A stretch of 63,470 bases of DNA, the filler included, from Atractiella rhizophila (lineage: Eukaryota): the NCBI GenBank assembly GCA_021432655.1. It is 7 parts of 6 records of this genome, joined end to end, with 100 filler letters (N's around TTAATTAATTAA, not from the genome) between each part and the next. Parts side by side here need not be neighbours in the genome. Positions count along the whole stretch, not along the records: positions 48,451 to 54,095 come from MU272020.1; positions 54,196 to 63,470 come from MU272025.1; 5 more parts are not named here. The stretch is one strand, 5' to 3'. A program made the position numbers and the translations under genes. Below the pieces are notes generated by a model, which ran no database searches, had not been told where the DNA came from, and saw nothing but the letters and a program-made list of their open reading frames with translations. Shown here piece after piece: positions 51,401 to 63,470 of the stretch (positions within the stretch are counted from its first letter, which is position 1; each line of letters starts with the position of its first letter).

Positions 51401-52724
51401 TCAACGGACGGATCGGGCTCATCGAACATCGAGTCGGGATCGACCAAGTTGACATCCTCCCCTCCTAGGGTGCGTACTGCCAGCGGTTTGTCGGGGAAAT
51501 CGGTTGCCCAGAAAGCTATCGATCCGTCTGCGTATCCGGCGGCGAACATTTGGGCTGTCCCATTCGTCTATCAGTTTTGTCCCCTCTTTTCTCTTTAATT
51601 TTTTGCATGAAATTGAGGATGGGATTGGAGCGTACCGTCGTACCTCCAGCTGAGACACATCACTGCTGGCCGACGTTCGGTGAACAATTCCTCACCACCA
51701 CTATTCGAGCCTCCCTTCGCTCCAGGCGGAACAATGAGTTCGTAATAGTGTATCGGGGCCTTATCCTTCAACGAATATAGCACGATCCCTCCGTCGTAGG
51801 CAATGAGTAGCCGGTTGAGGTCAACGGGTGAAACCTTGATGTCCGTAATCGGAGGTCTGTCCCTCAGTTGCATTCAGTTCAGTCTCAAGAAGTCGGATAG
51901 AGATGGAGAATGGAAGGGAATGAGAGACCAACACCCGCCGCCGCATCTTGTTCGGCCCAGTGACCGTCATTTGGCTGATGGCATCCACTCGTTGCCATAA
52001 GTTAGGAATCGAGTATTCGCTTATCGTCCCTCGTTCAACGTGGAAGGTTTCAATAGTACCGTCTTGATATCCGATGAAGATGTGCTTCAGGGATGGATTG
52101 GGAGTTATCATCCTGTCCAACTTCATGAGTTAATTGGCCGTTTATTGTATTCGGTTAGTATGATCATACAGCCTTGTGAAAGTGAACGCCTCACGTGCTC
52201 AGATAAGATGTTAGGATGTGACATGAGATTTAAAATAATAATAAGATAATATTGAGAGGGGCATGCTGAAGAAGATAGCGAGATAAAGAGGAAGAGACGC
52301 ACGTACACCTCCCCCTAAGACTCCTCGTCCAAGCTCTCTTTGGCCTCTCACCACCATCCATCTCCTCCAAATTCCACCCCCAGAGCGTCTCCTTCTCATC
52401 CAACACGAACACAAATCTGCCGACGATCCAACTTCCCCTGATTGCGGTCTTGGCTCCCCTGGCTGTGGCGCCGGGTATTGGGAAGGTAGCTACGATTGGG
52501 CCGTTGGTGGATAGGATCTGTACGAGCGGGGCGGAGGGAGTCGTGTAGGTGATGCATAGGAGATCTGGTGGAGAGGCGTAGGCGAGCGAGGTAGGCTGGG
52601 CGCGGAGCGGTAAGAGAGGGTAGATTGGGTTGGTGCGGTAGGAGGAAGTGGAGGTGAGGTGGGAAGACGAAGAGGGAAGAGAGTCAAAATCGTTTTGAGG
52701 CTTTTTATTGCCAAAGATGTTCAT
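48474..52724 (-). CDS. SRO7: Sro7/tomosyn/Lgl-family WD40 protein with C-terminal R-SNARE-like helix
   Basis: YSIPNLW, YELIVPPGAKGG, FAAGYADGSIAFW, REPVFKLSW, LLVLGG, SDMGFVA; C-terminal ALEERENRLANVQEALEDI..ASEMIKEAKRVAAQQ. Confidence 0.88.
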
Positions 52725-53595
52725 CTCGTTTTATTGATCTAATATTGTATTTTATGCGTAGGTTACGTTCATTTTGCAAGCGCATTGTTGAACCCTGATG
52801 AACCTGATCATTTGAAATAAATTTTCAAATTCATCCAATTTTGCTTGCCTCAACGGATATAATATCGGAGATGAAAAGGTGGATTGTAACAAAAGGGCAG
52901 CCAGGAGATCACTTGTTAGAGGAGAAAGTATTTGCTGGGTGCGTCATTTCCATCAGCTAGCATTAGAATTTCAAATCATTGTGATGTGCATTCATTCCAA
53001 AAGATGTTCATAACATGCAAAACTTTGTGCTATGCGCACGAGTACAACCTGGCGGTCAATGCGATGGCAGATACCCCAATATGAAACCCTATTATCGAAG
53101 GATTGAGCTCTAATAGATTCAAAACCAAAAGGAAAATACCCTCGCTGTGACAATTACTTTGCGTAACTTTATCGTGAAGATTTGTCAACTTCTGGAAGCC
53201 GAAAGTGAGGCAATTGAGAGGAACTGGTCTTTGTTGGTGCGATTCTCTGTTTCATCTTGTGGTCTCTCAGTCTGCGTTTGGCTATTGTCGTTGAGAGTTG
53301 TGGAGTACGGATTTTGCATGCTGTGTTTCTCACAATTTCTTAGCACAATATTCATAAATTCTCGCTGTAGAAATCAAATTCTGCCAATACATGGGCCGGC
53401 TCTGCCAACCAATGTCTAAATACTGTCACGGTTATTCTGTACTACCCGATGAGATCCAGTCTTGTGCTACATAAATAATCAGCGATGAGATGTCTGCACT
53501 ATCGAAAAGCCCGTTCATCGAAGCGCCTAATTATCCTAAATCCTGTATTATTTCTCTTCACCAACCTGGGAAATGGAGTGGGAGAGGAGAAGAGC

Positions 53596-54095
53596 TCACA
53601 CCTCGTCGTCCTCTTCCCTCTCCCCCTCCGCATCCAATACTTCCCCACGGAAAGCATGGCCATAACCATAAGCATCCCAAATGCTCTGTCCACCGGCCCC
53701 TCTCCAGTTGGGTTGTGGAGGAGGAAGGATAAAGAGAGGACGAACCGCTGGTGTTGGCACTGGTGCTGGAAGTTGTGGTGGTGTTGGTGGTCGTGGTGGT
53801 ACAAGTGGAGGAAGGTGTATGGGATATGAGGACGACCATCGCTCTGCCGGCGTGACTGCTGGAGCGGATGAGTAATGTCTGGTGCCTGTTGTTCCCCCTG
53901 AAAGTGACGGGTACTGTCTGTGTCCCGTGCTTGAGGGGGCAGAAGCCGAATGCTGTTCTTGAGGTTCGCTCATCAAGCCCCTAACGCCCTGGGAGGTGTA
54001 TGACCATTGGTGACCACCTGTTGAGCTCGAAGGTGGGATGAGTGGATAGCGCTGCGATGGAAGCGACTGCGAAGTTGAACTGGTGAAACGAGTGG
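53596..54095 (-). CDS. 3' end of a Pro/Ser-rich hypothetical protein, cut by spacer
   Basis: Low-complexity frame ending PPQPNWRGAGGQSIWDAYGYGHAFRGEVLDAEGEREEDDEV. Confidence 0.5.
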
Positions 54096-54430
54096 NNNNN
54101 NNNNNNNNNNNNNNNNNNNNNNNNNNNNNNNNNNNNNNNTTAATTAATTAANNNNNNNNNNNNNNNNNNNNNNNNNNNNNNNNNNNNNNNNNNNNGAGCC
54201 TGTTTGGAGGGTTAATTAAGAAAAGTATCACTCACAACAGTTAACTCCGTACAACAGAGCTGATGCACTGATGGTTGACTTGGGTTGAGAAAGTGATCGA
54301 GCATCGGGAGGCAAAGGCTCGACTAAGGTTTATGGCAGCATGTGATCCTTCAAAGACACCAACAACAGCACACGGTTACTTGCAGCAGCTTGTTGCTCGC
54401 CAGACCAAAGAGCAAGAAGCCAGGAGAGGT

Positions 54431-56547
54431 ATGGATGCTCTCGGTATTACCATACATTTCGAGTCTCCCCAGCAGTTCTGGCTAGGCGAGTTCACCGTTC
54501 TTCATTCACGGTTGCACTAATCGAATCAGCAGAACTGGAAGAACTCCTCACCATCGACCCATTGTCGCCTCTCCAGCAGCTGGACTATAATCTCAGATGC
54601 TATCTTCAGTGTGCCTCACGTTATCACGGTACGCTTTTGTTTGCAATGCTAAATGGTCTTTCAAGGTATGGTAGACGAATTCTTGGCTGAGCCTTCACAA
54701 GAAGAAGCCTGCGCTTCCCTACTTCTGTCATCCCCTCTTTTCTTCCGTCACCCCGATCGCATGGCAGACACGCTCCTCTCTGACCTCTTCTCCCCTCCTC
54801 ATCCATCTTCTCCAGAAGCGAGTACTAGCACAGTAGAGCCGCGTTCTGCAACAGACTTGATCCTCCCACTTCTTGCCGTTCACCGCTTAGGACTCGCACA
54901 GAATGACATCAGTGCCTCGACAACGCACCATATCGCACGCACGTCTACTCCCATGTTTCTGATTCTGAGAAAGAAGTGGAATGAGATAGTTCCCTTTCTC
55001 ATCGAACTTGTGGAACAGTCGGGAACCGTCATCGGCGGGGAGAAGGCGCACCACCTGCATATTTTGAGATGCGCAGAATTGGCTGTCGAACTGCTGTATA
55101 ACATCTGTCGAGTAGAGCGGTCGCAGCTTGAGGAATTGTGTGCGTCATGGTCATTTCGACTGAAGCGTGCTTATTTGCTCGTAGCCGTCTTCACTGAGGA
55201 CTTTATATCTCAGCTCTTCGATCTTGTAGAGTCGACTCGCTATTTCTCAGATGAGACGTATAACTACTCTCTTATACGCCTACTTGTCCGTTTTCTGAAT
55301 ACTTGACCTCAGGCACTGAATGGAGACGAACAGATTGCGCTCAACGAACAGTTCATGGTAGCTGTATTGCCTGTTAACACGCCAACCACTCCCAACTCTG
55401 TTTTGAATCATCAAAAGCGAAAGGATCGAAGAAGTGAGCAACATGATGCAAGCCAGAAAAACGAAGAGACCAACTCTGTAATTAAAGTTCTCAAGGTCAA
55501 AATGAGGGGTAGTAAGACTTTCGGAGAAAATATCATATGGATCCTCAATCGGGCTAGCTCAGGTCCGTCAACCATCCTTGGTACTACCGATATTTATTTT
55601 AGGAAAGGCACATCTGCGGAAGACCTTTGCGTCGCTTTACTGATTCTCAAGATCCTTTACCTCCTGTTCACCACGCAAGGTACATCCGACTTTTTCTACA
55701 CCAACGATCTCTGCGTCCTCGTCGACGTTTTCATACGTGAGCTCGGGGATCTCCCGGAAGAGAACGAAGGAGTACGCTCGCTAGCTCAATCTGGATATGC
55801 AAGCGACTTATTATTGCGTTGCAGCTGCGGCATACCTATCTTCGCGTCCTCCATCCCCTCATGACCCATACGCAGCTCTCAGGTCACCCATATAAACGAC
55901 CACAGATTTACAGGCTCCTTCATTCCCTGATCGATACCCGGCACAAATTCATCAGGATCGACACCACCACAAAACGACTTGTGGAGCGTAACCTGAACGC
56001 AAAGTGGTGTAAAGAACTGACGAATTTGGGATTGGGCGTCAGGCCGGAATCAGGTCCCATTGTTAACAGCGCGTCAAACAGCGAGACATCTCCCACAAGG
56101 GAGAAGTCACTGAGGAACGCAACCAGCACCCCAGACATTCGAAGAAGAGCGTCAACCGTTACCAGCGTAACGAGCGATGGAGCTCTGCTAAGTCCCAAAT
56201 CTGTTCAAGGGAGTCGCTCTTTCCATAACCTCCCAGACACGGAATGCGAGCCTCCAAGGCGAGTGTCCAGCCCTGCGACGGGCAGCGATGTCTGTACCCC
56301 TATGGATTCGCCGGCGCTCCTCCCACCGGAACTCCCTACCATCGCCGAGCCACAATCTCCTGACGGAGTTCTGGAGGCACCAAGTAGTCCTTCCCCTTCC
56401 CTAGCTTCATTTTCAAGCGGGTCAACAAGCACCAGAAGACGTCCGCCAAAACCGCCAGAGAAGAAAACACCAAGCCTTGCATCCGCTCCTCTGTTACCTA
56501 TTCTGGGGAAAAAGCGGCGGCCTCCTCCCCCTGCACCAGTGCGATGA
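54431..56547 (+). CDS. LDB17: Ldb17/Dip1/SPIN90-family Arp2/3 activator
   Basis: N-terminal ESPQQFWLE; LFDLVESTR..DETYNYSLIRLL/IALNEQFMV; KTFGENIIWILNR; FFYTNDLCVLVDVFIREL; LRHTYLRVLHPL; Pro-rich tail RRPPPPAP. Confidence 0.92.
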
Positions 56548-57049
56548 AATGACTTGTGTTTTGGACTACATCTTCCTGGGGTTTTTATTAGTTGTGTGTC
56601 CAAAGGTTCAATATATTCCATTCGGCATGTGCTGCATGTGGCTACTGTAAGGACGTGAGGATATTGAACCGTTATAGCTATGCTGTTGTGACAAGACAAG
56701 AAAACAAGGAACAAGCGCGACTAAACTAAGCTAAGGCTCTCGACATTGCAATATCAACTCTCCCTAGTTTTGGTTCACGATGAAGTATGATTTGTTTGTT
56801 GAAGCTTGCAAAGACCTTTGTTGCCTTTCAGAGTTACAGTAGATGCTTGATCTTGCTTCTGAGAGCATGTGATGCTGAAGGATATGACAACAAGGGAAGT
56901 TCACGCGTCGGACGAACGGCATTGAGACGTAGCTGCCAACCCTTGTTGGTTCCTTCTTATCCCTCTTCCCTTGTTGTCCTACTTAAGCCTCACTCGTTCT
57001 CAAATTTCGAGCACGTAACCACTTCCATCAAGCTTAACTATCTGCGCAT

Positions 57050-58808
57050 ATGTCTTCTACGCCGCCAGAGAGCCCTCCCACCAGGACGCTTCAGTCTAAA
57101 TTCTCTTCAGAATCCCTCTTTGACCAGTCAACAAGGAAGTGGTTTTCCAGCTTGACATCCCGACCTGTGAGGGAGCACAGAAAAACTAGTTCGCAGTCCT
57201 CTATCCTTTCGAGCTCATCTTCCAAGAAATCTGATGGCCGAGCTTCACCCTCTGCGATGGTGATATCTTCCCCAACTCGTGTGTTTGCCTCAACAGGGTC
57301 ACATTTGCGTGAAGCCTCTCTCGATTACGGCGCCAAACCGAAGGGGAGATTGGGACAAGGTGCTCGGCCGGTTACAAACGCAGATGCTGCTTGGAGGACC
57401 TTGTACGAGTTCTCGGACAAAGAAGTTGAATATTTGAACTCGGGACCTTCTCCCGGTTTTGCCAAAGACAACGACGCCCATTCATTCCGTTCTCTCGATC
57501 TTCACCGCGATCTCCCTCAGATTCCTTCACCTCGTCCAACGTCCAATCCCATATCGCCTTTTTCTCCCAAATCGGAGCCCATGTGGACGCAAACCTCCGC
57601 ATCGTCAGCCAAATCGGACCGGCCCAGCATCCCTGAATCTTTTCGAGAAGGAAGAAGCAAGCCGCGAACAGCTTCCATTCGTCCGCAGAAAAACCAAAAA
57701 TCCCAATTTCCGCTCTTCGACAAGCCCGGATTCTCGCCCCTGAGACATCGAGGGTGGAACTGGAGTCCCCCGTCACAGCACCATTCAATGCTAAATTGGT
57801 GACAGCACCGAAAAAGTTCGACGACAAGTTAATGATCGTGACCTTGGACATCGGGGGCACAAGATTTGAGATCGGTTTGGACAATCTGCTCAAAGGTGGA
57901 AAGGAGGAAGGAGCAGGTTACCTGAGACATTTCGTCGACAATATACTGGAAGAGGGAAACAGAACTGGGAGAAAGGATTCGAATGAATCATCCGAGAGTA
58001 ACTATTCCAATTCTCATGGTCAGTCCAGATTGTCAGCCTGAGTTGAAGACCCTAAAGCGCTGCCTTACAGAAGTCGAAACGTTTTCGCCCCAACCTGAGG
58101 ACCGCAAGTCATATGCTCTCTCTGAGGTGTTCTCTACGCTTTCCGATTCAGATGACGAACAGATTTTCAGCCCTTACGTCGTACCGAAGCGAGATCCTGT
58201 CCTTTTCCGAGTGAAGACAAAAGCTCTTCGCCCAAAAGTTGTACGACCCGCGGCAGTGAGCCAGAAGAGCATAAGCGTGGCAATTGAAGGTGGGAGAGAA
58301 CAAGAGGATTTCTCCCATGCTATCAAATTGTTTCGAGACTCGGAAGAGGCATTCTCTAGCATTGAACCAGATGGTGATGCGACTCCCAGCCTAACTTCCA
58401 GTCCATCAACCCACGTCGAGCACTCATTTAGGCCGGAATCCCCTGATCAGGAGGCCTTCGACGTCCCAAGATTTGAGATATTTTTGGATCGAAACCCGAT
58501 GGCCTATGAAATAATCACGCATTTCTTGCGAAACTCTCGGTTGCCGCTCTCGCTTGATGTGTCCAGATTATCAGAGAAGAGTGACTGGAAACTGGATGCA
58601 TCGTTCCTTCTCAATACTTATCTCACTCTCCAGGAGGTGAAGGAAGAAGCAAAAATGGCTTGGAATGCATGCGTTGCGTCAAGTTTGCTCTGAAGAGATC
58701 CAAAAGGTGCAGGAATTAGCAAAGGAAGGGAAAGAGATTGGTTCGGGAAGATCCCCAAGGAATTCATCTAAAGTACGCCTCAAAGTAGACGAGCATGGCT
58801 GGATATAA
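57050..58808 (+). CDS. Protein with split BTB/POZ (KCTD-like) motifs; two apparent frameshifts
   Basis: VTLDIGGTRFEIGLDNLLK and IFLDRNPMAYEIITHFLR..LQEVKEEA(K)WLGM; intron 58019-58070; frame changes near 57640-57660 and at the A-run 58651-58655. Confidence 0.65.
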
Positions 58809-59235
58809 TTTTTACCTTTGTAGATCTACTCACTTTGATATTCATCCGTTGTATATATACCCTCTATTGTTTATTGTAGAATAAATGTAGAAGTGTGTTT
58901 TCCGTACGCAGCTATTCATCGTGCTCGTAGATGTAACATACACAGGGGAATTGTAGGCGAATTGGCCATCCCCAAAGTAAAGATACAACGTTCAATGTTC
59001 GAATGGGACGTTACCCAATGAAGGTTGCAGCCTAATGCAATCCTCCGTTGCCAATCTCAGAGCAGGGGATTCTTCCTCTTTCATGGGATAGTCTGATGCC
59101 CCGAAATAATCTATTCAATGAGTAGGTGCGGCGCCATCACTAGTCTACCTAAACATACATGAAAGGAGTTCTCCTTGGGAGCAAGGGAAAACAGACATGC
59201 GACTGCGTTTCAGCCTCGCGGCAAGATAGAATTGA

Positions 59236-59617
59236 TCACTTGGAAGGGTCCTGAACAACGACAAGCGTATATTTCTCATCTTGAACGACCAACCATCACT
59301 CAACTGATAGCACAAAAAAAGAAAGTTACTCACCTGGTGTAATCATAATTTCCCACTTCCTCGTCCTAACCCTCAAAAATCTTGGCACGTCACCGATATC
59401 CAATCCACCGACAGCATCTTTTGAAGCAGCGACAAGCTTCAAAGCCGCGTTAACGTATTTCGATATAACTTCTGAGGGGTCTGCGAGGTCGAAGATTTCT
59501 CCGGCGTGTCGTATTAAGATGCCTTGGGCATTAAGCACAAGTACTCCCCTGACTGACTTGGTGGAAGACAGGCGAGCGATGGCTGATTCTACTTCTGCGG
59601 AAGAAGGGTGCACTCAT
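59236..59617 (-). CDS. Dynein light chain Roadblock/LC7
   Basis: EVESAIARLSSTKSVRGVLVLNAQG..IR, DVPRFLRVRTRKWEIMITP/DEKYTLVVVQDP; ATG 59617 is one base out of frame at a CCC run. Confidence 0.9.
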
Positions 59618-59749
59618 GTCTCATTAATTCATTTCTTGTCCCGTCTCCTGGTTGATTGCGTGTGTTTGTGTCACGCGAAATCCCAATACCAACACCGGAG
59701 ATGCTGCATCGATGATGCCTCTGGCCCACAAGCTCGAGACTCAAGTAAA

Positions 59750-62700
59750 ATGCCTTCAAGACTAAAAGCGTCGCATCCACCCCTCTCGAACTCTTCAACC
59801 TCTCACCACCGATTCGCTCACACCCCTCGTCCAGGTCCAAGATTCTTCCCTAGTCGTCTGCAGCGAACAACCAATGAGCCTCAGTCGGAACAAGAGGACA
59901 ATGATTATTTTGGCGGCCTCAGCGAAGAGATCTCCTCCAGCTCCGGAGATGAGGTCCTTCTGAATCAGAACGAATCTGGCTCTGAGGAGGAGGATGCACA
60001 GAGCCCCGACCTTGGCTCTGATCAATTCGACGGGTCTCTTCCGAGGACTGGTTCGACAAGCAACCTTGCCAGTGGGCACTCCCCTCCCCTCAGCTTTGAT
60101 ATAAAACTCAAACGGTCGGAGAGTTCTGGACCTGCAGGCCGAAGAAGGTCTACCCATAGGAGGAGTACAATGAATGTCGACCGACCACACCTAGTTAGTG
60201 GAACGGCTTATGCGAACGGAGGTGAAAACGCAGAGTACTACTCATCCGAAGAGGAGAATACTGAGGATGAAGCTTTGTTCGCCCAAGAAGTTGAGGAGCG
60301 GTACGAGTGGCAGCACATGCTGAATAACGTCCTTAGCGGGGACGTCCTCAAAAACGAGAAGACTCGCATTTCTTCCAACCTCTCGCACCAGGGCGAGGAC
60401 AGAGAGTCGAAAAGGAAACTTCTCGCTCATTATATTTGGCTAAAGGTTCGCGCGTTCCTTAACGGCCGAAAGGACCTCAATCAGGAGCAACGTTTCCTAG
60501 AAGAAGCTCGCACTCATATCCCCCCTATCCTTGACCTCGTCATGACTTTTCGTGTGTCCGATGACTTCGCGAATGAAGGAAGTGCAGAAGAGCAGGTCTC
60601 TCATCTTCTGCGCAAAATCGAATGGTGCGAAAGCCTGTACCCCTCGACCAGGAGCTTGGGAAACGAGATCACTCTATACGCGGAGGAAGAATTTAGCATG
60701 CGATTGGACGCGCTGAGAAGCTGGCAAAGCATAACTTCTCGTTTACGCGTGACACTCGGGATTTTGCAAAGGTGGACTGGCAGCGAGAGCCTCAAGGTTA
60801 CAGAGGCAGGTAGCAGCGTTGAGAACAGGGAGACTGCAGAGGCAGCGGGGATAGTTGGGAAGAACGTTGCTGCGCTCGTGGACACGAGCAGCTTTTTGGA
60901 TCGAATCTTGAAAGAAGGAGGAATCCAAGAAATTTTTAAGAAAGGTACTCTGACAAGCGTGCTCGTCTTGGTTCGTGCAGCAAAGGAGACCATGGTCGCC
61001 AATTCCAGACTTTTCAAAGACCTCAATCTTCCTACTGGTTTCACTCATAATCTCATATCCCTCGTTAATTTCACCCCGACTCTCATCCAAGAAACTCTTC
61101 GTCGAAGCCTTGAATACGCCAATCGCCTTCGAGACAACTCTGTGGCGAAAATTGATGAGTTGTTGGACGACTTTAACACTACCCTCGAATACGCCTTTGA
61201 GACGAAACGCGAGTTTCGAGATATTGCCGCTCCAGATCCGACTACCGGCTGGGCTTTGAATATTGAGGAGGCTTCGCGGGTAGAATACGACAACATGCTG
61301 CTTGAAGGTGTCAAATTTTACAACAAACTTTTAGACATGAAACTCAAAAGTCCCGACAAGAGGATTCAATTCCAAGAGACTGAGTTGGTAGAAACACACT
61401 GGAAGTTCCTGAGCGAGAAAGCGGCAGACTTGATTGAGAACGGTGACTTGTATCTTGGAGAACATTTCGCGTTCGTCATCCCAGATACCTCCCATCCTTG
61501 GTATCATTGACCCATGGACCCCTGCAGGTCACTAACAGCTCGTCTTATGAATCGCGTCATCGATAATTTTAAAGCGCAAGTGAAAAGCATAGAGCAGCGA
61601 CAGGATATGTCTCCTACCGAATTGGTCCGATGGTTCAACCAAATGCTGGACAACATTCGTTCTCGTCATCGAAGGCTGCTTCGGTTTGCGCGCAATATGT
61701 TGCAACGCTTTGAGAACTCGTCTGAGTATAACCTTGCGGAGGTCGATCTGAACCTCTTCATGAACGCTTTGCAGGAAAGTAATCACTTCTTCGTCTACAC
61801 CGGCACCTTCGAGAAGAATGGCATGTACATTATCGGATCACCATCTCTACAGGAAAATTCCAAGCTGGTGGAGCAGATTTTGACCAAGTGCTTCAGTCAC
61901 GAAACGCAGATCGGACTCAGGAGGCAAGCCGAAGTTGAGGACGAATATGGAGTGGAGATGGGGCCCCAAGAGCAGCCGCACTACGTCCTCCTGCTGACTC
62001 CCAGAGAGCGCTTCTATTGGTTGGGAACAGTCATGAACCTCGAGATTCCTTCCACTGATTACGACCTGCATGATAAGCGAGTAAGGCTCGTCAGCGATGG
62101 ACCGATGGCTCGACTTTCTCGGAGCAAAAATCAGTTCTTGAGCATGTTCCCTCACTTCAAAAATAAGAACGTGGTAGAGAACAAGGCGCATCTATCAAGG
62201 ATCGCTAAACAGCTGAAGAGAATCAGAAGATCCGCCAATCGACTATCTGAGACAATTGTCACTGGTTCTGCCTCAGTGGAGGAAGCGCTTCAGAAGAGTC
62301 AAAAGCCCAATACATACGAAGGGGTTATGACCAGCTACTTCACTTTCGCTGCCGATCTTGGCACACGATCCGTCAAGCACATGGACCTCAAAACCAGGAG
62401 CAATTTCAATCTCCGACTAATTCGCTTAGCGATCCAGTGGATCTCCTTCATTTGTGATGGTTGTCAGCCAAGTGATCCTCGAACATTCAAATGGGCGGTT
62501 ACGGCTCTCGAGTTCGCCAAATCAACGACCAAGGGTGACAACATCATGAAGCTCAATAGTCAGGAGTTTAGCGTACTTAGAAGCAAAGTGGCTGACTGCA
62601 TGACGCTCCTCATCTCACATTTCGACATCATGGGGGTTCGAAGCGGCTACGAAAACACGAGGAAACAGGAGATCATGGATGACGTGCTGCAAGAAGCGAA

Positions 62701-63470
62701 GCGGCAAGTTTCAGAACGACTAGCTCTCATCAACTCGAAAGAAGTCGTGCGCCATGGTCGTGATTTAGAGCCTTTGAGCGTACACAGAAATCGATTTTTG
62801 AAAGCTCTGGAACCGTTGGAAGAGTTGAGGCGGGAGAGGGGAGAAATGAGCCAGACTGTCGGAAAAGTGCTTGACTATCGCCCTGAAGACCATAGCCTTC
62901 TTCTTCTCGCAAGCTCGAGCTCGAACATCAATATAAGGTGGCAACAAGGCAAGTTTATTGGTGAAGGAACCTTCGGCAAGGTTTACATGGCAGCAAATCT
63001 CGACACCACGGAAATCATGGCAGTAAAGGAGATTAATTTCCGGGACACCACGTCTGCTAACTCAGTCATCAACCAAGTTAGAGATGAGATGACTGTGATG
63101 AGCAAGATCAAGCACCAGAATATCGTCGAATACTATGGAATCGAGGTTCACCGTGACAGAGTCTATATATTCATGGAATTTTGCTCCGGTGGCAGCCTGG
63201 GTCAGATATTGGATCATGGTCGACTGGAGGATGAGGAGCTCATTCAAGTCTACGCCTATCAGCTCGTTGCTGGTCTCGAGTACCTCCATGAGCATAACAT
63301 AGTACATCGAGACATCAAACCTGAGAGTACGTCTCGTATTTCACGCTATGATTATTCTAATTCTTTTGCCAAGATATTCTACTGGATCAAGGAGGAACAG
63401 TCAAATATGTTGATTTTGGGGCTGCGAAGGTGCTTGCCAAGAACTCGAAAACTTTGGCGGCTCGCTCTCG
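59750..63470 (+). CDS. SSK2: Ssk2/Ssk22/Wis4-type MAP kinase kinase kinase (HOG pathway); runs off the window end
   Basis: ERYEWQHMLNNVLSGDVLKNEKTRI, IEWCESLYPS, TFKWAVTALEFA, LLISHFDIMG; kinase RWQQGKFIGEGTFGKVY, MAVKEI, HQNIVEYYGIEVHRDRVYIFMEFC, VHRDIKPE/ILL, VDFGAAK. Confidence 0.96.

Noticed and set aside
53499..53829. His/Gln-rich and Trp-rich ORFs (HHDHQHHH, WCWHWCW)
   Set aside because: Alternative-frame and antisense shadows of the Pro-rich coding sequence.
1..63470. tRNA, rRNA, snRNA, CRISPR arrays, intact mobile elements, TPP riboswitch
   Set aside because: None of the diagnostic motifs were found by eye; a covariance-model search is needed to exclude them formally.

Overview
Eukaryotic, intron-rich fungal DNA with short GT-AG introns of about 50-80 nt; gene content suggests a basidiomycete. 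The window is not one continuous locus: six identical 100-nt spacers (N44-TTAATTAATTAA-N44) join seven pieces, and there are two further N gaps. Recognisable genes are a Shewanella-like metallophosphatase, a multi-pass membrane protein, a Pho80/Pcl-type cyclin, an RlpA/expansin-like secreted protein, SCO1, a kelch protein, NCS6/CTU1, VPS39/VAM6, SLD5, MTAP/MEU1, a NASP/Sim3 histone chaperone, an intradiol dioxygenase, a divergent CK2-alpha, SRO7/tomosyn, LDB17/SPIN90, a BTB-like protein, Roadblock/LC7, an SSK2-type MAP3K and four F-box/LRR-like orphans. Most notable: (1) 2974-~3900 holds a multi-exon glutathione S-transferase readable only as the complement WITHOUT reversal, so it is invisible to six-frame translation and is almost certainly an assembly defect; (2) a spliced 82-aa gene in which a free-standing ubiquitin-like RLRGG motif is followed by a 20-aa, 7-Cys tail, a candidate protease-processed peptide precursor; (3) a cyclin ending in a CaaX-like GCCVV; (4) unusually long introns in housekeeping genes; (5) a recurrent C-rich to G-rich switch inside exons; (6) two tandem duplications that look like mis-joined haplotypes. 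All calls are from manual reading; no database search was run.
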